Source: Wickerhamiella versatilis (taxonomy: Eukaryota). Taken from it: DNA of 64,000 bases. The DNA lies in assembly GCA_030867685.1 (NCBI GenBank), contig JAQOWU010000008.1:434001-498000 (forward strand). Direction: 5' to 3'. The notes below the pieces were generated by a model. The model did no database searches. It was not told where the DNA came from and saw nothing but the letters and a program-made list of their open reading frames with translations. The position numbers were made by a program, and so were the translations under genes. Positions 31,127-41,772 of this stretch are shown here, in pieces; position 1 is the stretch's first letter, and every line of letters begins with the position of its first letter.

Positions 31127-32365
31127 TCACATAGCTGCGAATGCTGCAGCCATCAAACTACATGTATAAGTAAATACGAGGAATATGTGGTAAGCTATTG
31201 CGTCCATTAGCATCGGTGCCACAAGGGATATAATGAAGTTGGTAAACCACCCCACCGCAGTCGCAATGCCTAATGATGTGCTACGGTACTTCATGGGAAC
31301 CATCTCGCTGGTATATACTAGAGATAATCCAGCGAATATGAATGCAAACACAAATACAAATACGAAGCAGAGCGCAACTGTGATGATCCCGGCAATCCGA
31401 GTACTTTTTGAATCACCTGCCTCACCCACCAGCATCACTATATACATGGAGCCATGTAGCCCGGCCATGGTGGTCAAAGACCAGCGAAGCATTATTGCTC
31501 GAGGCATCCGCTGTATCAAAGGGATAGAACCCACGGTGCCCACAAAGCTTATCGCATAAATTCCCATAGATACTGCAGATGTCTCCTTTTGCCCAAGACC
31601 CAGAAGGCTGCACATAGTCGTCATATAGTAGATAAGGACGTTATACCCCGTGAATTGCCAGCTGGCTTGCACCGCAGACGCATTCACTAGCTTTACGAGG
31701 AAGCGAGGAGTTTTTACTAGGTCCTTTATCTCGTCAATGAATTTCTGGCGCTTGATAATCAGTTGCTGAGGCTCTGCGGGAAGATAAAATGTCAAGAGGG
31801 CTACTGGAAACACCGGGGCTGCCGCGAATAGCCAACATCGCTGAAAGGATGCCCTTCCAGTCTTATACACGAGATTCCCGATGATAGCAAGTCCTAGAAT
31901 GCCCAGGGGAGCCGAGCTTTGGCTGACCACGAGGAGCTTTGCAGCCCTGGTATTCTCGTATGTCTTCGTTGCATACAGTGGTATTACAGCGCTTATAACC
32001 CCAATCGCAAATCCTTTTATCATACGTGCTATAATCAGAACTGGGATCGTAACGATACAAGCAGATAGGACATAGCCAACAAGCCATATTTGGACTCCTA
32101 TGATCAGCATTGACCGACTAGATAACATTCTGGATGCTGCTAGCACACCTAAACTGCCAATCCCGGCGAATATGGGGTAGGCAGAGGTGAGTACGCCCTG
32201 CAATAAAGGCGTAGGGTGATTGTAGGCCTCCTCGAATTGTCCGTCGCCAGCAAAAGCAGCTATGAAGACAGCTTCCAACCCAAAAAGTAACCCCAGCTGG
32301 ATATATACTATCCATGTGGTTATATATTTCAGTCGGTCTTCTATAGCGGTCCGCGCATTGTCCAT
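31127..32365 (-). CDS. Divergent MFS sugar-porter family transporter
   Basis: IIARMIKGFAIG, QFTGYNVLIYY, YTSEMVPMKYRS, WFTNFIISLVAP; about 12 TM with very short termini. Confidence 0.8.
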   Translation of the reverse strand: MDNARTAIEDRLKYITTWIVYIQLGLLFGLEAVFIAAFAGDGQFEEAYNHPTPLLQGVLTSAYPIFAGIGSLGVLAASRMLSSRSMLIIGVQIWLVGYVLSACIVTIPVLIIARMIKGFAIGVISAVIPLYATKTYENTRAAKLLVVSQSSAPLGILGLAIIGNLVYKTGRASFQRCWLFAAAPVFPVALLTFYLPAEPQQLIIKRQKFIDEIKDLVKTPRFLVKLVNASAVQASWQFTGYNVLIYYMTTMCSLLGLGQKETSAVSMGIYAISFVGTVGSIPLIQRMPRAIMLRWSLTTMAGLHGSMYIVMLVGEAGDSKSTRIAGIITVALCFVFVFVFAFIFAGLSLVYTSEMVPMKYRSTSLGIATAVGWFTNFIISLVAPMLMDAIAYHIFLVFTYTCSLMAAAFAAM

Positions 32366-32770
32366 AGCGTATTTGTGGTCCGGTTTGTCATACCCCTAGC
32401 CCGTCCCACTTGTTATCACAGAACTCGAGGGCAATCCTGTACGACGCCAATTATGAATATACTACCAAATATGATCATTTCTTGTAATAGAACTATTAGA
32501 TAGAAGGATTTATCTATCCCGAAACTCTCTACCATGAGCTCTGCGTATGTTCATCAAGCTAAAGTCCACAAAATTCAGTCACTGAAGCGGTACATCAGAA
32601 ATTTATAGCAATATCCCTCTCAAGATGGTTGTTATATCACACCTGTAAGCCAGTGACTATATTTGTTACCTACCATTGGCCTGCCAGGTGATATGTGTCG
32701 CAAAACGACACGATTAGGGTAAACAGGGTCGCAGAACCTCCTGTTCACTGATACGATATAACCCATTCCA

Positions 32771-33457
32771 ATGTATCCGGGACTTCTATCTTCTCCTGAC
32801 ACGAATGCATTAGCAAAATCTATTCCTACATTATGCTTTCCTACTCCCTTCATTACTCGCACCCCACAAGCGCCTCCGCACGGGGTGGGAATAATTGATG
32901 ATATGCGGAACCAGTTTGAAAGCACCTTGTTATATTCCTCTCCAATTATAAAGAAGCACGTAACTCCTTGGGAAGTCTTTGGCGAAAACGCAATTCTCCA
33001 GGGACTGGATGAAAGCCCTGTCGATGAGCGTCCAACCACTTACGGCCAGACATCTAGCTATAATCTTGCCCAAGATGTAAACAGCACATATGGTTCACCC
33101 CAAGCGCGAAAGCATCGCGCCCGACCAATTGTCTCTCGTCGTAAGGTCACCAAACGAAAGAAGGTTGAACCCACAGTTAGCAATGTTAATGATGACGAAA
33201 ATAAATATACAAAGCATGGAACGAGACGAGTTGCCCGCTCAGGAGGGTGCTGGACGTGTAAGTGCCGTAGGAAGAAATGTGATGAAACCCAGCCTCATTG
33301 TCTGGCTTGTTCCAATTTAGGTTTGAGATGCGATGGCTATGCACCTGAGCGGCCATCCTATATGTGCAACGCAGAGGAGAATGAGGAGTACCGTGCAACT
33401 CTTTCTGAGCAGGTTAGAGCCTATAAACAGCAGCACAAGGACTTAAGGCGCCTTTAG
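32771..33457 (+). CDS. Zn(II)2Cys6 transcription factor with C-terminal cluster (Ume6-like layout)
   Basis: GCWTCKCRRKKCDETQPHCLACSNLGLRC near the C-terminus of a 228-aa protein. Confidence 0.8.
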   Translation: MYPGLLSSPDTNALAKSIPTLCFPTPFITRTPQAPPHGVGIIDDMRNQFESTLLYSSPIIKKHVTPWEVFGENAILQGLDESPVDERPTTYGQTSSYNLAQDVNSTYGSPQARKHRARPIVSRRKVTKRKKVEPTVSNVNDDENKYTKHGTRRVARSGGCWTCKCRRKKCDETQPHCLACSNLGLRCDGYAPERPSYMCNAEENEEYRATLSEQVRAYKQQHKDLRRL

Positions 33458-33655
33458 TGCGTAATGTCACGACTGGACTGGACTGGAGTACGGTTACTAG
33501 TAGTTCCACATGCACAATGCACAATCAATTCTTTGCTAGTTAATTTCTTCTCACTAGTTTGCTGTATATCAAGTTCTAGATTCCAAGATTCCGTCCCTTG
33601 ACACCTACGGAGTGGGCTGGTATTAGTAAGAGTAGTGTACTGTTGTCGTACTGTC

Positions 33656-34720
33656 ATGGTATCCTCTTCGGAGTTGGCTCCTGGTGAAGGGTCTGACACG
33701 AACTCGGATGTCAAGGCGACAGGCCAGTTATCTGGTGATGTTGATTTACAGGCGGAAGGATCCCAAGACGAAGATAATGGCACAAAATCGAGGACAGCTG
33801 ATTCGACAGCAGTAAATGAGGCAACCGGGGATGAAAATAAAGCGCAGGCCGAAGACAACCCTGGTGACTCCAAGGGTAGCGCAGTTGAAAATAAAGGTGA
33901 AGTACTTCCACAACAATCTGGTGAGGAACTTAATCAAAACGTTGAACAAGAATCTACGGAAGAGAATGCAAACAATTCCGTCGAAAATAATCACCAGGAT
34001 CAGGAGGCTACCATTGAAGCTCATCAAAATGATGATCATAGGTCATTAGAGGACAATAAGCCTCCGGATGGGACAAAAGAGGAGGCCAATATTGATCATA
34101 CGGATGAAGAGGCTGACGACTACGACCCCCCTGAAGCCCCTAGGGATGCTCAAGTGGGATATTCTGCAGGGAATGATGCACCACCTCCTCCAATTGTATA
34201 TTCAGAGAATCGCGATAAGGCTTCTGATGAAGAAGATGCACACGAGGACTCTGCGGCCTACGAGTTGGTCATTGATGAGAGTGGTTCAGAGGACGATGTT
34301 GATCATGTAGCTATTCTACAGGAGCATCCCATCACTGTAATTATGGGTTCTGATACATATCCGCTTGTTGGTGACGATGGACTATATAAAAATTATCCTG
34401 ATAATGCACTAACCCTTGAGGATGTATTTGGAGCAGTGAGGGACAAGACACCAGATTTACCTCTGGACAAGGAACTTATCTTTTCTATCAAGCCTCTTGG
34501 ATTAAGGGTCGGTGAGGACAACTTATATACAAGGGAGGTCAACACGACAGATATGATTAAATTACTTGCCACCCAGCCAAGGGAAACACAACTGACATTT
34601 GAAGTTAGCTTCGAAGAAAGATTCATCTCAAGGTTGAATTATCTTTACGAGATATTGGCTGATGAGCTGGGCTCAAAGTCTTCTGCAAGTGACCCAAAGC
34701 GGCGAAAAATTGAATCGTAA
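33656..34720 (+). CDS. Acidic disordered protein with Rmr1-like C-terminal domain
   Basis: Long D/E/N-rich N-terminus, then LRVGEDNLYT...ERFISRLNYL and a terminal NLS-like PKRRKI. Confidence 0.55.
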   Translation: MVSSSELAPGEGSDTNSDVKATGQLSGDVDLQAEGSQDEDNGTKSRTADSTAVNEATGDENKAQAEDNPGDSKGSAVENKGEVLPQQSGEELNQNVEQESTEENANNSVENNHQDQEATIEAHQNDDHRSLEDNKPPDGTKEEANIDHTDEEADDYDPPEAPRDAQVGYSAGNDAPPPPIVYSENRDKASDEEDAHEDSAAYELVIDESGSEDDVDHVAILQEHPITVIMGSDTYPLVGDDGLYKNYPDNALTLEDVFGAVRDKTPDLPLDKELIFSIKPLGLRVGEDNLYTREVNTTDMIKLLATQPRETQLTFEVSFEERFISRLNYLYEILADELGSKSSASDPKRRKIES

Positions 34721-34834
34721 GTATATTTCAAACTCAGTATAATTTTGGAGGCAGAATCCATAGGGATTCGCCTGCTCATTTGTTTAGTTGTAACATGCGT
34801 TTTTAAAACTAGCTAAAAATCAGTATAAATAAGT

Positions 34835-37009
34835 TTAAAGACAGCCGAAGTGTACTGCTTTATTCTCGCGAATGCCCAATACAGATAGTCCTAGACGCTT
34901 GTGACAAATCGCGCATTTCGAAGTGGGCTCTATAATAACAAACTGCTTTTCCTTGTCAGCCAGCTCAAGACTGGTATTCCCCAAATCAAGGTGCCTTAAG
35001 GCAGCTACAATCTTGCTTTCTTGCAACTCAGAGGCAGACTCTCTTGCCCTTTGGATGAGATAGGGACCGAGTTCTGAAGCAGTGAAAGAGTCAGGCAGCT
35101 GGGCAAGTGCTGTTGGAGGCCCACAGAGATTTAATAAATTTATCATGTCAGAATGATGGCCTGGCTGCGTGAGAAGGCGGTCGAATAAGTGTTGCACCCC
35201 TCCATGATGAGCTGCATATTCAATTGCTGCGCCGTACTCTTCAGCCTCGAGATAAGCATCAATCGCCTCAGCATGATGTCCAAGCCTACTGAAAAGTATG
35301 GCTTTTGCCGGAAGCGCTGCTTCCTTATCTCCTTTTTGCATACTTTCAAGAAGAACTTCAGGGCGATACGCCGTACTACTTCTCAAGAATGCAAGTAATT
35401 CGGGTCCATCGAGCTGCTGTGCATTTACTTCATGCAGTTCTGGTGAATTATCGCCATTGGCTATTCGGTATTTCATATAGCTCAATGCTAATTTTGACGA
35501 AATATCATTGAGATACGCAAAAATTTGGATCGACGAGCACCACGCCTCATCCCAAAACAGGGGCCTGGCATATTTTTCGCCATATTTTTGCACGAGACCC
35601 CGCCCATATTTGAAGACAAGATCAGGTTCTGGAGCTACTAAAGTTTCGAGATAAGCTGCTAGTTTGTTATCAGAATGATCTGCAACGAGCTGCAAGGCAG
35701 CATCATGTTGACCACGGCTTTTAAAGAAATCGGCCAGATCCTTCCAATGAGATTCCTTGGGTAGCAGTTGACAAACTACAAATTCAGAACATCGGTTTTG
35801 ACTGCGTAGCAAGGAGCCGACCAGCGGCGAATGCATATGCACATAGCAACGAAAAAGTGCATTATCAACGGTTTCAGAGAAAGTATGATCCTTTATACGT
35901 AACTTTCTGCGTGCTGAGGCGAGATAAGAGGAAACCAATTTGATGGGTTCATCATATTCATGACCAGCGTGCTCTAGGAGAGGCACAACCAAAGTTGCAA
36001 CCTGCTCATAGGACTTGAGTGAGTCAAATATTGACAGAGCCTGATTATACTCTCCTTTTTCAAATAGTTCTGTAGCATACCGCTCTTGAAGTTCAAAGGT
36101 TTCGCTTTTCAGGGCCGGCAGCCGAGCAGCCAGGCAAGCCGCTTCACCAAGACTTCCCATTTTTTCAAAGTCATGGATAGCCACATCGAACTTGAATTCA
36201 AGAATACCAGTAGCATCCACAACAACTGATCCTGGCGACGGGAGCCGTAGCTCTGCACCTTTTACAGTTACACTAGAGTACACCTTACCAACGTCTGGGT
36301 TAACCAAATCACAGTGGTCAGAAAATACAGCAATATAAAAGGGAGGAAGGCTCAACAATGCTTTTGGCTGTTGGCTATTTTTCCAAGAAACATCTGCTAA
36401 AACCGTGTTATCTTCATTGACCGTGTACACCGCAGGACCTACACCAACCACAAGCAAATTATTTACAATAATCGCTGAATACTGATGTGCCCGCCAGAAA
36501 CCGGGCAGTCGTGGCAAGCCAGCTGTTGATTGCTCGCCTGTCAGTAGATCTAGCTTCATCAATGACCCATAGCACATGCATATCATTTCATAGCTGTCTT
36601 GAAATACCATCGCACTTAATCGCTCTCCAATATCAATCGTATGCACCTGTCGCATGTCGTCAGTCCAGCGAACTTTGCGCTTGGATGCCACGACCAGTAC
36701 CCCTCGCCGCGGTTCAGCCAATGCCATGCTTGCACTGGTAGTATTAAAACTGAGCACGACTTTTCTTTTATGAAAATTGTACACACCACACGAGCGGCCG
36801 CTAATATAGCATACGTTTGCCTCGTCATATACGCGCGTGACCAGCACAGGCTTCGTACCCACGCGCGCTACTTTTTCCAGAGATCCATCGCTTCCATAAA
36901 AATAAATATTTCCATCTTTCTTCCCAACAATCCACTGGTTTGATTCAGGACCAGGGCATGCCGAATAGGCGTCCAACACCGACAGTGCGCGCCGGCATTC
37001 TAGGCGCAT
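34835..37009 (-). CDS. VPS39: HOPS subunit Vam6/Vps39 (compact)
   Basis: CNH-like propeller, VDNALFRCY...SLLRSQNRC, WKDLADFFKSRGQHDAAL, terminal CAICHKRLG...VHFGC. Confidence 0.85.
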   Translation of the reverse strand: MRLECRRALSVLDAYSACPGPESNQWIVGKKDGNIYFYGSDGSLEKVARVGTKPVLVTRVYDEANVCYISGRSCGVYNFHKRKVVLSFNTTSASMALAEPRRGVLVVASKRKVRWTDDMRQVHTIDIGERLSAMVFQDSYEMICMCYGSLMKLDLLTGEQSTAGLPRLPGFWRAHQYSAIIVNNLLVVGVGPAVYTVNEDNTVLADVSWKNSQQPKALLSLPPFYIAVFSDHCDLVNPDVGKVYSSVTVKGAELRLPSPGSVVVDATGILEFKFDVAIHDFEKMGSLGEAACLAARLPALKSETFELQERYATELFEKGEYNQALSIFDSLKSYEQVATLVVPLLEHAGHEYDEPIKLVSSYLASARRKLRIKDHTFSETVDNALFRCYVHMHSPLVGSLLRSQNRCSEFVVCQLLPKESHWKDLADFFKSRGQHDAALQLVADHSDNKLAAYLETLVAPEPDLVFKYGRGLVQKYGEKYARPLFWDEAWCSSIQIFAYLNDISSKLALSYMKYRIANGDNSPELHEVNAQQLDGPELLAFLRSSTAYRPEVLLESMQKGDKEAALPAKAILFSRLGHHAEAIDAYLEAEEYGAAIEYAAHHGGVQHLFDRLLTQPGHHSDMINLLNLCGPPTALAQLPDSFTASELGPYLIQRARESASELQESKIVAALRHLDLGNTSLELADKEKQFVIIEPTSKCAICHKRLGLSVLGIRENKAVHFGCL

Positions 37010-37053
37010 TAGCTAATTAAGGATATCCTGGAGGACCCACATCCATCAATGCA

Positions 37054-37416
37054 ATGGTCTCTGCGGCTAGTATTGTAAAGGAAGCCAGCATTGGTGATGA
37101 ATCTCGCCGGAAGCAAGCGGCGGTAAGTCGTGCTACTGCAATTAACGCAATTCATGAGGCTAAGACTGCACTCGAGGTGCCGATCGAGGCCAAGCTTAAA
37201 GAGATATCTGCAAGCCAAGACCGAGTCACGAGCCAAATAAAGGACTTGAAAAGTTCTATTTCGGCCTCACAAAAATATGGCAAGTATGTGGAAGATGTGC
37301 TTGCTAGCTTCCACAGGCATGAGGATCCTTTATTGCAACACGAGGTGGAGCAGCTAGACCGTGATATGCGAATAATAGAATATACACAAAAGCTTTGTCA
37401 AGGTCAGAACTGGTAA
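37054..37416 (+). CDS. BLOC-1 subunit 1 (Bls1/BLOS1)-like coiled-coil protein
   Basis: 120-aa coiled coil ending EQLDRDMRIIEYT, resembling the BLOS1 C-terminus. Confidence 0.55.
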   Translation: MVSAASIVKEASIGDESRRKQAAVSRATAINAIHEAKTALEVPIEAKLKEISASQDRVTSQIKDLKSSISASQKYGKYVEDVLASFHRHEDPLLQHEVEQLDRDMRIIEYTQKLCQGQNW

Positions 37417-37744
37417 TGCAAATCAATTATCCTAATTTACTGCAGGCATCAAAGTTTGTTTCAAATTGATTGCTGCTGATACACAATATATCTGACCGTT
37501 TTCCTAGGAACGAGATATTTGTGGCTAAATGCGCTTTATACTACCTTTTTTGAGTTTTGCCATTAGTCTCTGCTCACGCGCCAATGTTCTTGAGGGAGCT
37601 ATTGTCTCGTTCAGCACAAACTGCACCGCTGTCACAGGAAAGGCCCAAAGAGCAGAGGAAAATGAGATGTACTCTCCATACTTATGATTTTTATGCTAGT
37701 ATTTGTCAATACCAATATTTTAAAGAGATTCATGACACGATAAC

Positions 37745-38853
37745 TTAATCTGAATCCGTGACGAACACCATCGATGATTGTTGGGAAACAGTGGGCCTTA
37801 TCGACATACCGCTCTGCATTCGTTGCAGTGAGGGCATCTTCCGCTCTGGTGTGATGTTTTTAGGATGGCGGGGATGAGGGTCTTCGTGAAATTGAACATG
37901 GCCAGAGTCAGATATACTGGGCTTCAACGGTGTACCATTTATTGGCTCCTTTGCATCCTGTTCGGTTGTACCTTTCTCGGCTCCAGGTATTGACTGCAAA
38001 GGCACGGGCAACTCACTTGTCTCCTTTGTTGAAGGTGCTGGGGTTGAAGCTTGGTGGTCTTGATCAGGTGCTGAGCTTTGTGGTTGTGAAACCTCGTCAT
38101 TGTTTTTCTTCTCTTCCTCGTCTCCACTAGAGAACCAAAGGTCCTCTGTTGGCCAAGTTCCTTCACCTATCCATCCAGCCTTCACGATCTTAACAGTATC
38201 TTCTAAATTGAGGGGTTGTTTCAGCGGTCTTGTGTGGTATATCATTTTGTCATATATAGCATAGAAACGGTCAGGAGAACACGAAGGATCAAGGTGATGG
38301 CGCTCGACCTGATAAGCTGTGGGGGACTGCCACCAGTTCCGAATTTTGTACCATTCATTAAGCCCCACATTCCAAGTTATCTCTTCATCAGGGTCAACAA
38401 TCGGATTATCGGGACCGGGGGTGACGACATTATCGGAGGTGAATTGTGGGGTAACTATGGGGATTTCACGGCCAAACTCGGACGGGGGATTGCAAAATTC
38501 GCAGTCTACTAGCAGATTTTGTACCTCTATTGGATCGTGCTTAGCCATTTTGATCGCAACGCACTTAGCCCGACGATCTTCGAGTTCTTGCTCTTTACGT
38601 TCGCGTTCACTTTCTTCCTTATCGCTGGTTGTGGGGCCAAATATCGTAGTTGAAAATCTGTGATAGCTCGACCCTCTCGTCTTCGTCCTTGTCAGGCTAA
38701 GACTAGTTGTACGGCTAAGTCTTAAACTGTCACCATCTGAGTTGTTGGAATTGCTTTTTCCACCTTTGAACGCATTCTTGATTTTGGAGAACAGTCCTTT
38801 TTTTTCGGACCTGCGCTAGAGCGTGTTGTTAATGTGCGACGCACCTCTGGCAT
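37745..38853 (-). CDS. Gag1-like clamp / DUF4050 protein; probable 2 exons (38853-38845, 38815-37745)
   Basis: WNVGLNEWYKIRNWW and IYDKMI...PLKQPLNLEDTVKIVKAGWIGEGTWP. The frame is open 89 codons upstream of the ATG at 38548; the proposed 5' exon is less certain than the family call. Confidence 0.7.
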
Positions 38854-39187
38854 TATTCCTCCGGGGTCGCTTCGCTATCGACAGCTTAGCGGTGGGATGA
38901 TGACAAGTGGGAACGGTTATGCTAAATAATCATTACACCGGATTAAGTTGCTGCAAGAAGACCTTCAGGTTGGCATAACAAGCGATAATCTAGGACTATA
39001 TCTAAAATACAAAATATATGAAATTATATGGACCTGAATTTTTTTTCTTCCTTCTTTCACTCAGTTACCAAAAAAGAGACACATTACCTTTATGCGTATG
39101 TTCATTCACATACCCCAATTCCATTGCATCACACACACATACACACACCAGTCATCCTTGATACATTACATGAACCATAGTCGATAA

Positions 39188-39832
39188 TTACAGAGTATCC
39201 ACTGCAGCCCAGTCGATTTTGCATTCTGGGCCACGAGGTATGAAACCATCTGTCCAGTTTCGAGGTAATTCACGGATATTCGATATCATAAAACTCACAC
39301 CATCATGTGGAGCATTCCAAGTCCTTGACATAATTCCATTCATATAGGATCCTTTGTAACCGCGAATAGGAGGAAGAAGTATAACAGAGACGAATAAATC
39401 GCCTTCTGGTTCACCAATCTTTTGATTTCCAATTCGACCATCATGATACAGAGCAGCCACTAGATCACTATCTTCTGTATAAACCCCAGATCCCCAAAGC
39501 GCTCTTTGTGATACCAGTCTATTCTTCCTGGATAGCCAGCGATGAGCTATCCGAACCTGAACCAAGGAATTCAGATATATTGAATATTTCTGAAAAAGTA
39601 GCTCTCCTGGAACGTAGTTTACGGTACCCACAATATGCCGAGGCAGGTGAGAAACGGACTCCAGCACGTTCGTATTATCCACCGTAACTTCAGCTTTTAT
39701 CGTAGGAGGCGCTGACTCAAGTTCAGAGCTGAAAGATGCCCGCTTTGCCCTAACAGCATCTTCAGCGCGGGGGGGGAGATCATGCTCATCACTAGCTTCC
39801 CGTATTGCTTCCTCACCCGTATCACCTGCCAT
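39188..39832 (-). CDS. RXT3: Rpd3L histone deacetylase complex subunit Rxt3
   Basis: RALWGSGVYTEDSDLVAALYHDG, YKGSYMNGIMSRTW...HDGVSF. Confidence 0.88.
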   Translation of the reverse strand: MAGDTGEEAIREASDEHDLPPRAEDAVRAKRASFSSELESAPPTIKAEVTVDNTNVLESVSHLPRHIVGTVNYVPGELLFQKYSIYLNSLVQVRIAHRWLSRKNRLVSQRALWGSGVYTEDSDLVAALYHDGRIGNQKIGEPEGDLFVSVILLPPIRGYKGSYMNGIMSRTWNAPHDGVSFMISNIRELPRNWTDGFIPRGPECKIDWAAVDTL

Positions 39833-39891
39833 GCCGAACTTCGACAAGCACCGCTGACTCACAGTCCCAGGTGAAGGGGACGCTTGCCTTA

Positions 39892-40494
39892 ATGGAGATG
39901 GAGATGATGGTATGGCTGTTGCTACTAATTATTGCTTCGGTCACCTTTTTGACTCTTCGAAAATATTTATTTCGCCCTCCATCCAAGTACCTCCTCGCTT
40001 TCCTAGGATCTGGAGGGCACACGGGTGAAATGCTCTCGATGCTTTCATCGTACCAATCGCAGACAAAAGGACTTTTATGGGCATATATATATAGTAGCGA
40101 TGATTTACTGAGTCCAAAAAGAGTACCAAATGATTCTATCGTGTACTGTGTTCCTCGAGCACGTAGGGTTGGTCAGTCCTTTCTAACCACTATTCCAGCA
40201 GCTATAAAAGCATTGATCTGTTGCTTCTGGCTCGTATTCACTCTAAATCCGCGCCTTATTCTAGGAAATGGTCCTGGAACATGTTTACTTATAATCGTGG
40301 CAGCCAAAATCTTGCGAATTACCGGTTTTGTTCGGACAAGAATAATCTATGTCGAGTCAATGGCTCGGGTCAACAAATTATCTCTAACTGGAAGGCTTAT
40401 ATACAAATTGAAACTAGCGGATAGGTTCGTGGTGCAGTGGCCAGAGCTGAAATCCCAATACCCAGGTACTGAGTACAGGGGATTGTTGGTCTAA
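39892..40494 (+). CDS. ALG14: UDP-GlcNAc transferase subunit Alg14
   Basis: LGSGGHTGEM, VPRARRVGQS, NGPGTC, YVESMARVNKLSLTG, FVVQWPEL. Confidence 0.95.
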   Translation: MEMEMMVWLLLLIIASVTFLTLRKYLFRPPSKYLLAFLGSGGHTGEMLSMLSSYQSQTKGLLWAYIYSSDDLLSPKRVPNDSIVYCVPRARRVGQSFLTTIPAAIKALICCFWLVFTLNPRLILGNGPGTCLLIIVAAKILRITGFVRTRIIYVESMARVNKLSLTGRLIYKLKLADRFVVQWPELKSQYPGTEYRGLLV

Positions 40495-40540
40495 ATAAAT
40501 ACCAGCATTTTCCAATTTGTAGAAATTAATTAATGCAAAA

Positions 40541-41728
40541 TTAAAAATCCAAGGCATCAGGAGCTCTACGCCGGGTGAGAGAATTAAGATCTTGAACATG
40601 CTTCGCAAACAGTTTGACGTAAGAAGAAAGCGAAGTATGCTGCCAATCGGGCTTCATGTCATCCCCTGTATACTTTTCAAGCTCATCTAGCAAACCCTGT
40701 ATTGTTGGTACCTCGTCTGGATGGAAGCGCGCAGCATTACGACGGTCAACTGGTACACAAACCTTGCCAGTATCTGGATGGACACAGAAAGGGCTTTTTA
40801 ATAGATGTCCACGAGCACGGGAGACATTAGCATCAATCCGCGGGTACATTTGCTGAATGATTGTATCTTGTTTAGCTTCCAAAAGCCGTACTTTATCGAA
40901 ATTGGAGTCCATTTTACGGGCTATCATATCGATTTCCTGCCATCGTACTGTGCTAGGCGCGGGTTCGTTCCAATGTGTCTTAAGGAGGGCCGCGAATTTA
41001 GGTTCAAAGCCACCTACAAGATCTGCCAGCTCGGCAGCCTTTGCCGGCACTCTCCATGGGTCTTGGTCAATCAGGATATTTTGTTCGAATTTTCTCTTTA
41101 AGATTTCAAAGCTGCGCGCAATATGAGGATGATAAGGTCGGGGGATAGGCTGCAGGTGTCCTCGATCTACTTTTCCCGCGACAATGAAATAGTCCACGAT
41201 TGCTTTACGTTCTTGGTCAGTTAATGCTCGAGCAGCAGGATCACAGACCCAAGCGTGGATACCACGCCGTCCACTGAAGACCCATAGGATGTTTTCGTAC
41301 CCGAAATCCTCGCGAAGTGCGATATCAAGAACTTCTATCGCAACTGTGATGTATTGCCAGCACTTATAACAGGTCTTTTTTCCTTCACAGCATGTACGAA
41401 GCTCATCATAGTCCGTCAGGTCAATATCGAATACTAGCTCTTTGGCCAACGGGCGATATGCCTGTTTTGACAGCAGTTTAGCATCGCGAGGTCGTGCACT
41501 ATATATGGCGCCTATTTCAAAGCGTTGTGGTGAAATTTGTGTCACATGTTGCTTAAATGCTTCACCATTTTCGTAACTGAGGTATCGCAAATACTGTCCT
41601 TCCGAGAGGGTGAAGGCGAATTCACGATTTGTGAAATCAGTCGAGGGTACAGGTGAATGATTTAACCACTGAAACAGCTGGCGGAAAGGGAAAAAGCGTT
41701 GATAATATTGTGCCAGTTGGTCGTCCAT
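40541..41728 (-). CDS. PRI1: DNA primase small subunit
   Basis: REFAF, KELVFDIDLTDYD, WVFSGRRGIHAWV, HLLKSPFCVHP. Confidence 0.97.
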   Translation of the reverse strand: MDDQLAQYYQRFFPFRQLFQWLNHSPVPSTDFTNREFAFTLSEGQYLRYLSYENGEAFKQHVTQISPQRFEIGAIYSARPRDAKLLSKQAYRPLAKELVFDIDLTDYDELRTCCEGKKTCYKCWQYITVAIEVLDIALREDFGYENILWVFSGRRGIHAWVCDPAARALTDQERKAIVDYFIVAGKVDRGHLQPIPRPYHPHIARSFEILKRKFEQNILIDQDPWRVPAKAAELADLVGGFEPKFAALLKTHWNEPAPSTVRWQEIDMIARKMDSNFDKVRLLEAKQDTIIQQMYPRIDANVSRARGHLLKSPFCVHPDTGKVCVPVDRRNAARFHPDEVPTIQGLLDELEKYTGDDMKPDWQHTSLSSYVKLFAKHVQDLNSLTRRRAPDALDF

Positions 41729-41762
41729 GACACGTCCCGAATTCAATAAAGGAAGAGTATAT

Positions 41763-41772
41763 CGCGTCGCGT
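41763..41772 (-). promoter_or_regulatory. Tandem MCB-core elements (ACGCG x2) upstream of PRI1
   Basis: CGCGTCGCGT 35-44 nt upstream of the primase ATG; replication genes are typical MBF targets. Confidence 0.55.

Noticed and set aside
32625-32770. Possible upstream exon/intron (ATG...GTAAGC) for the Zn-cluster gene
   Set aside because: No good branch point, and an in-frame TAA at 32759 with no acceptor after it.
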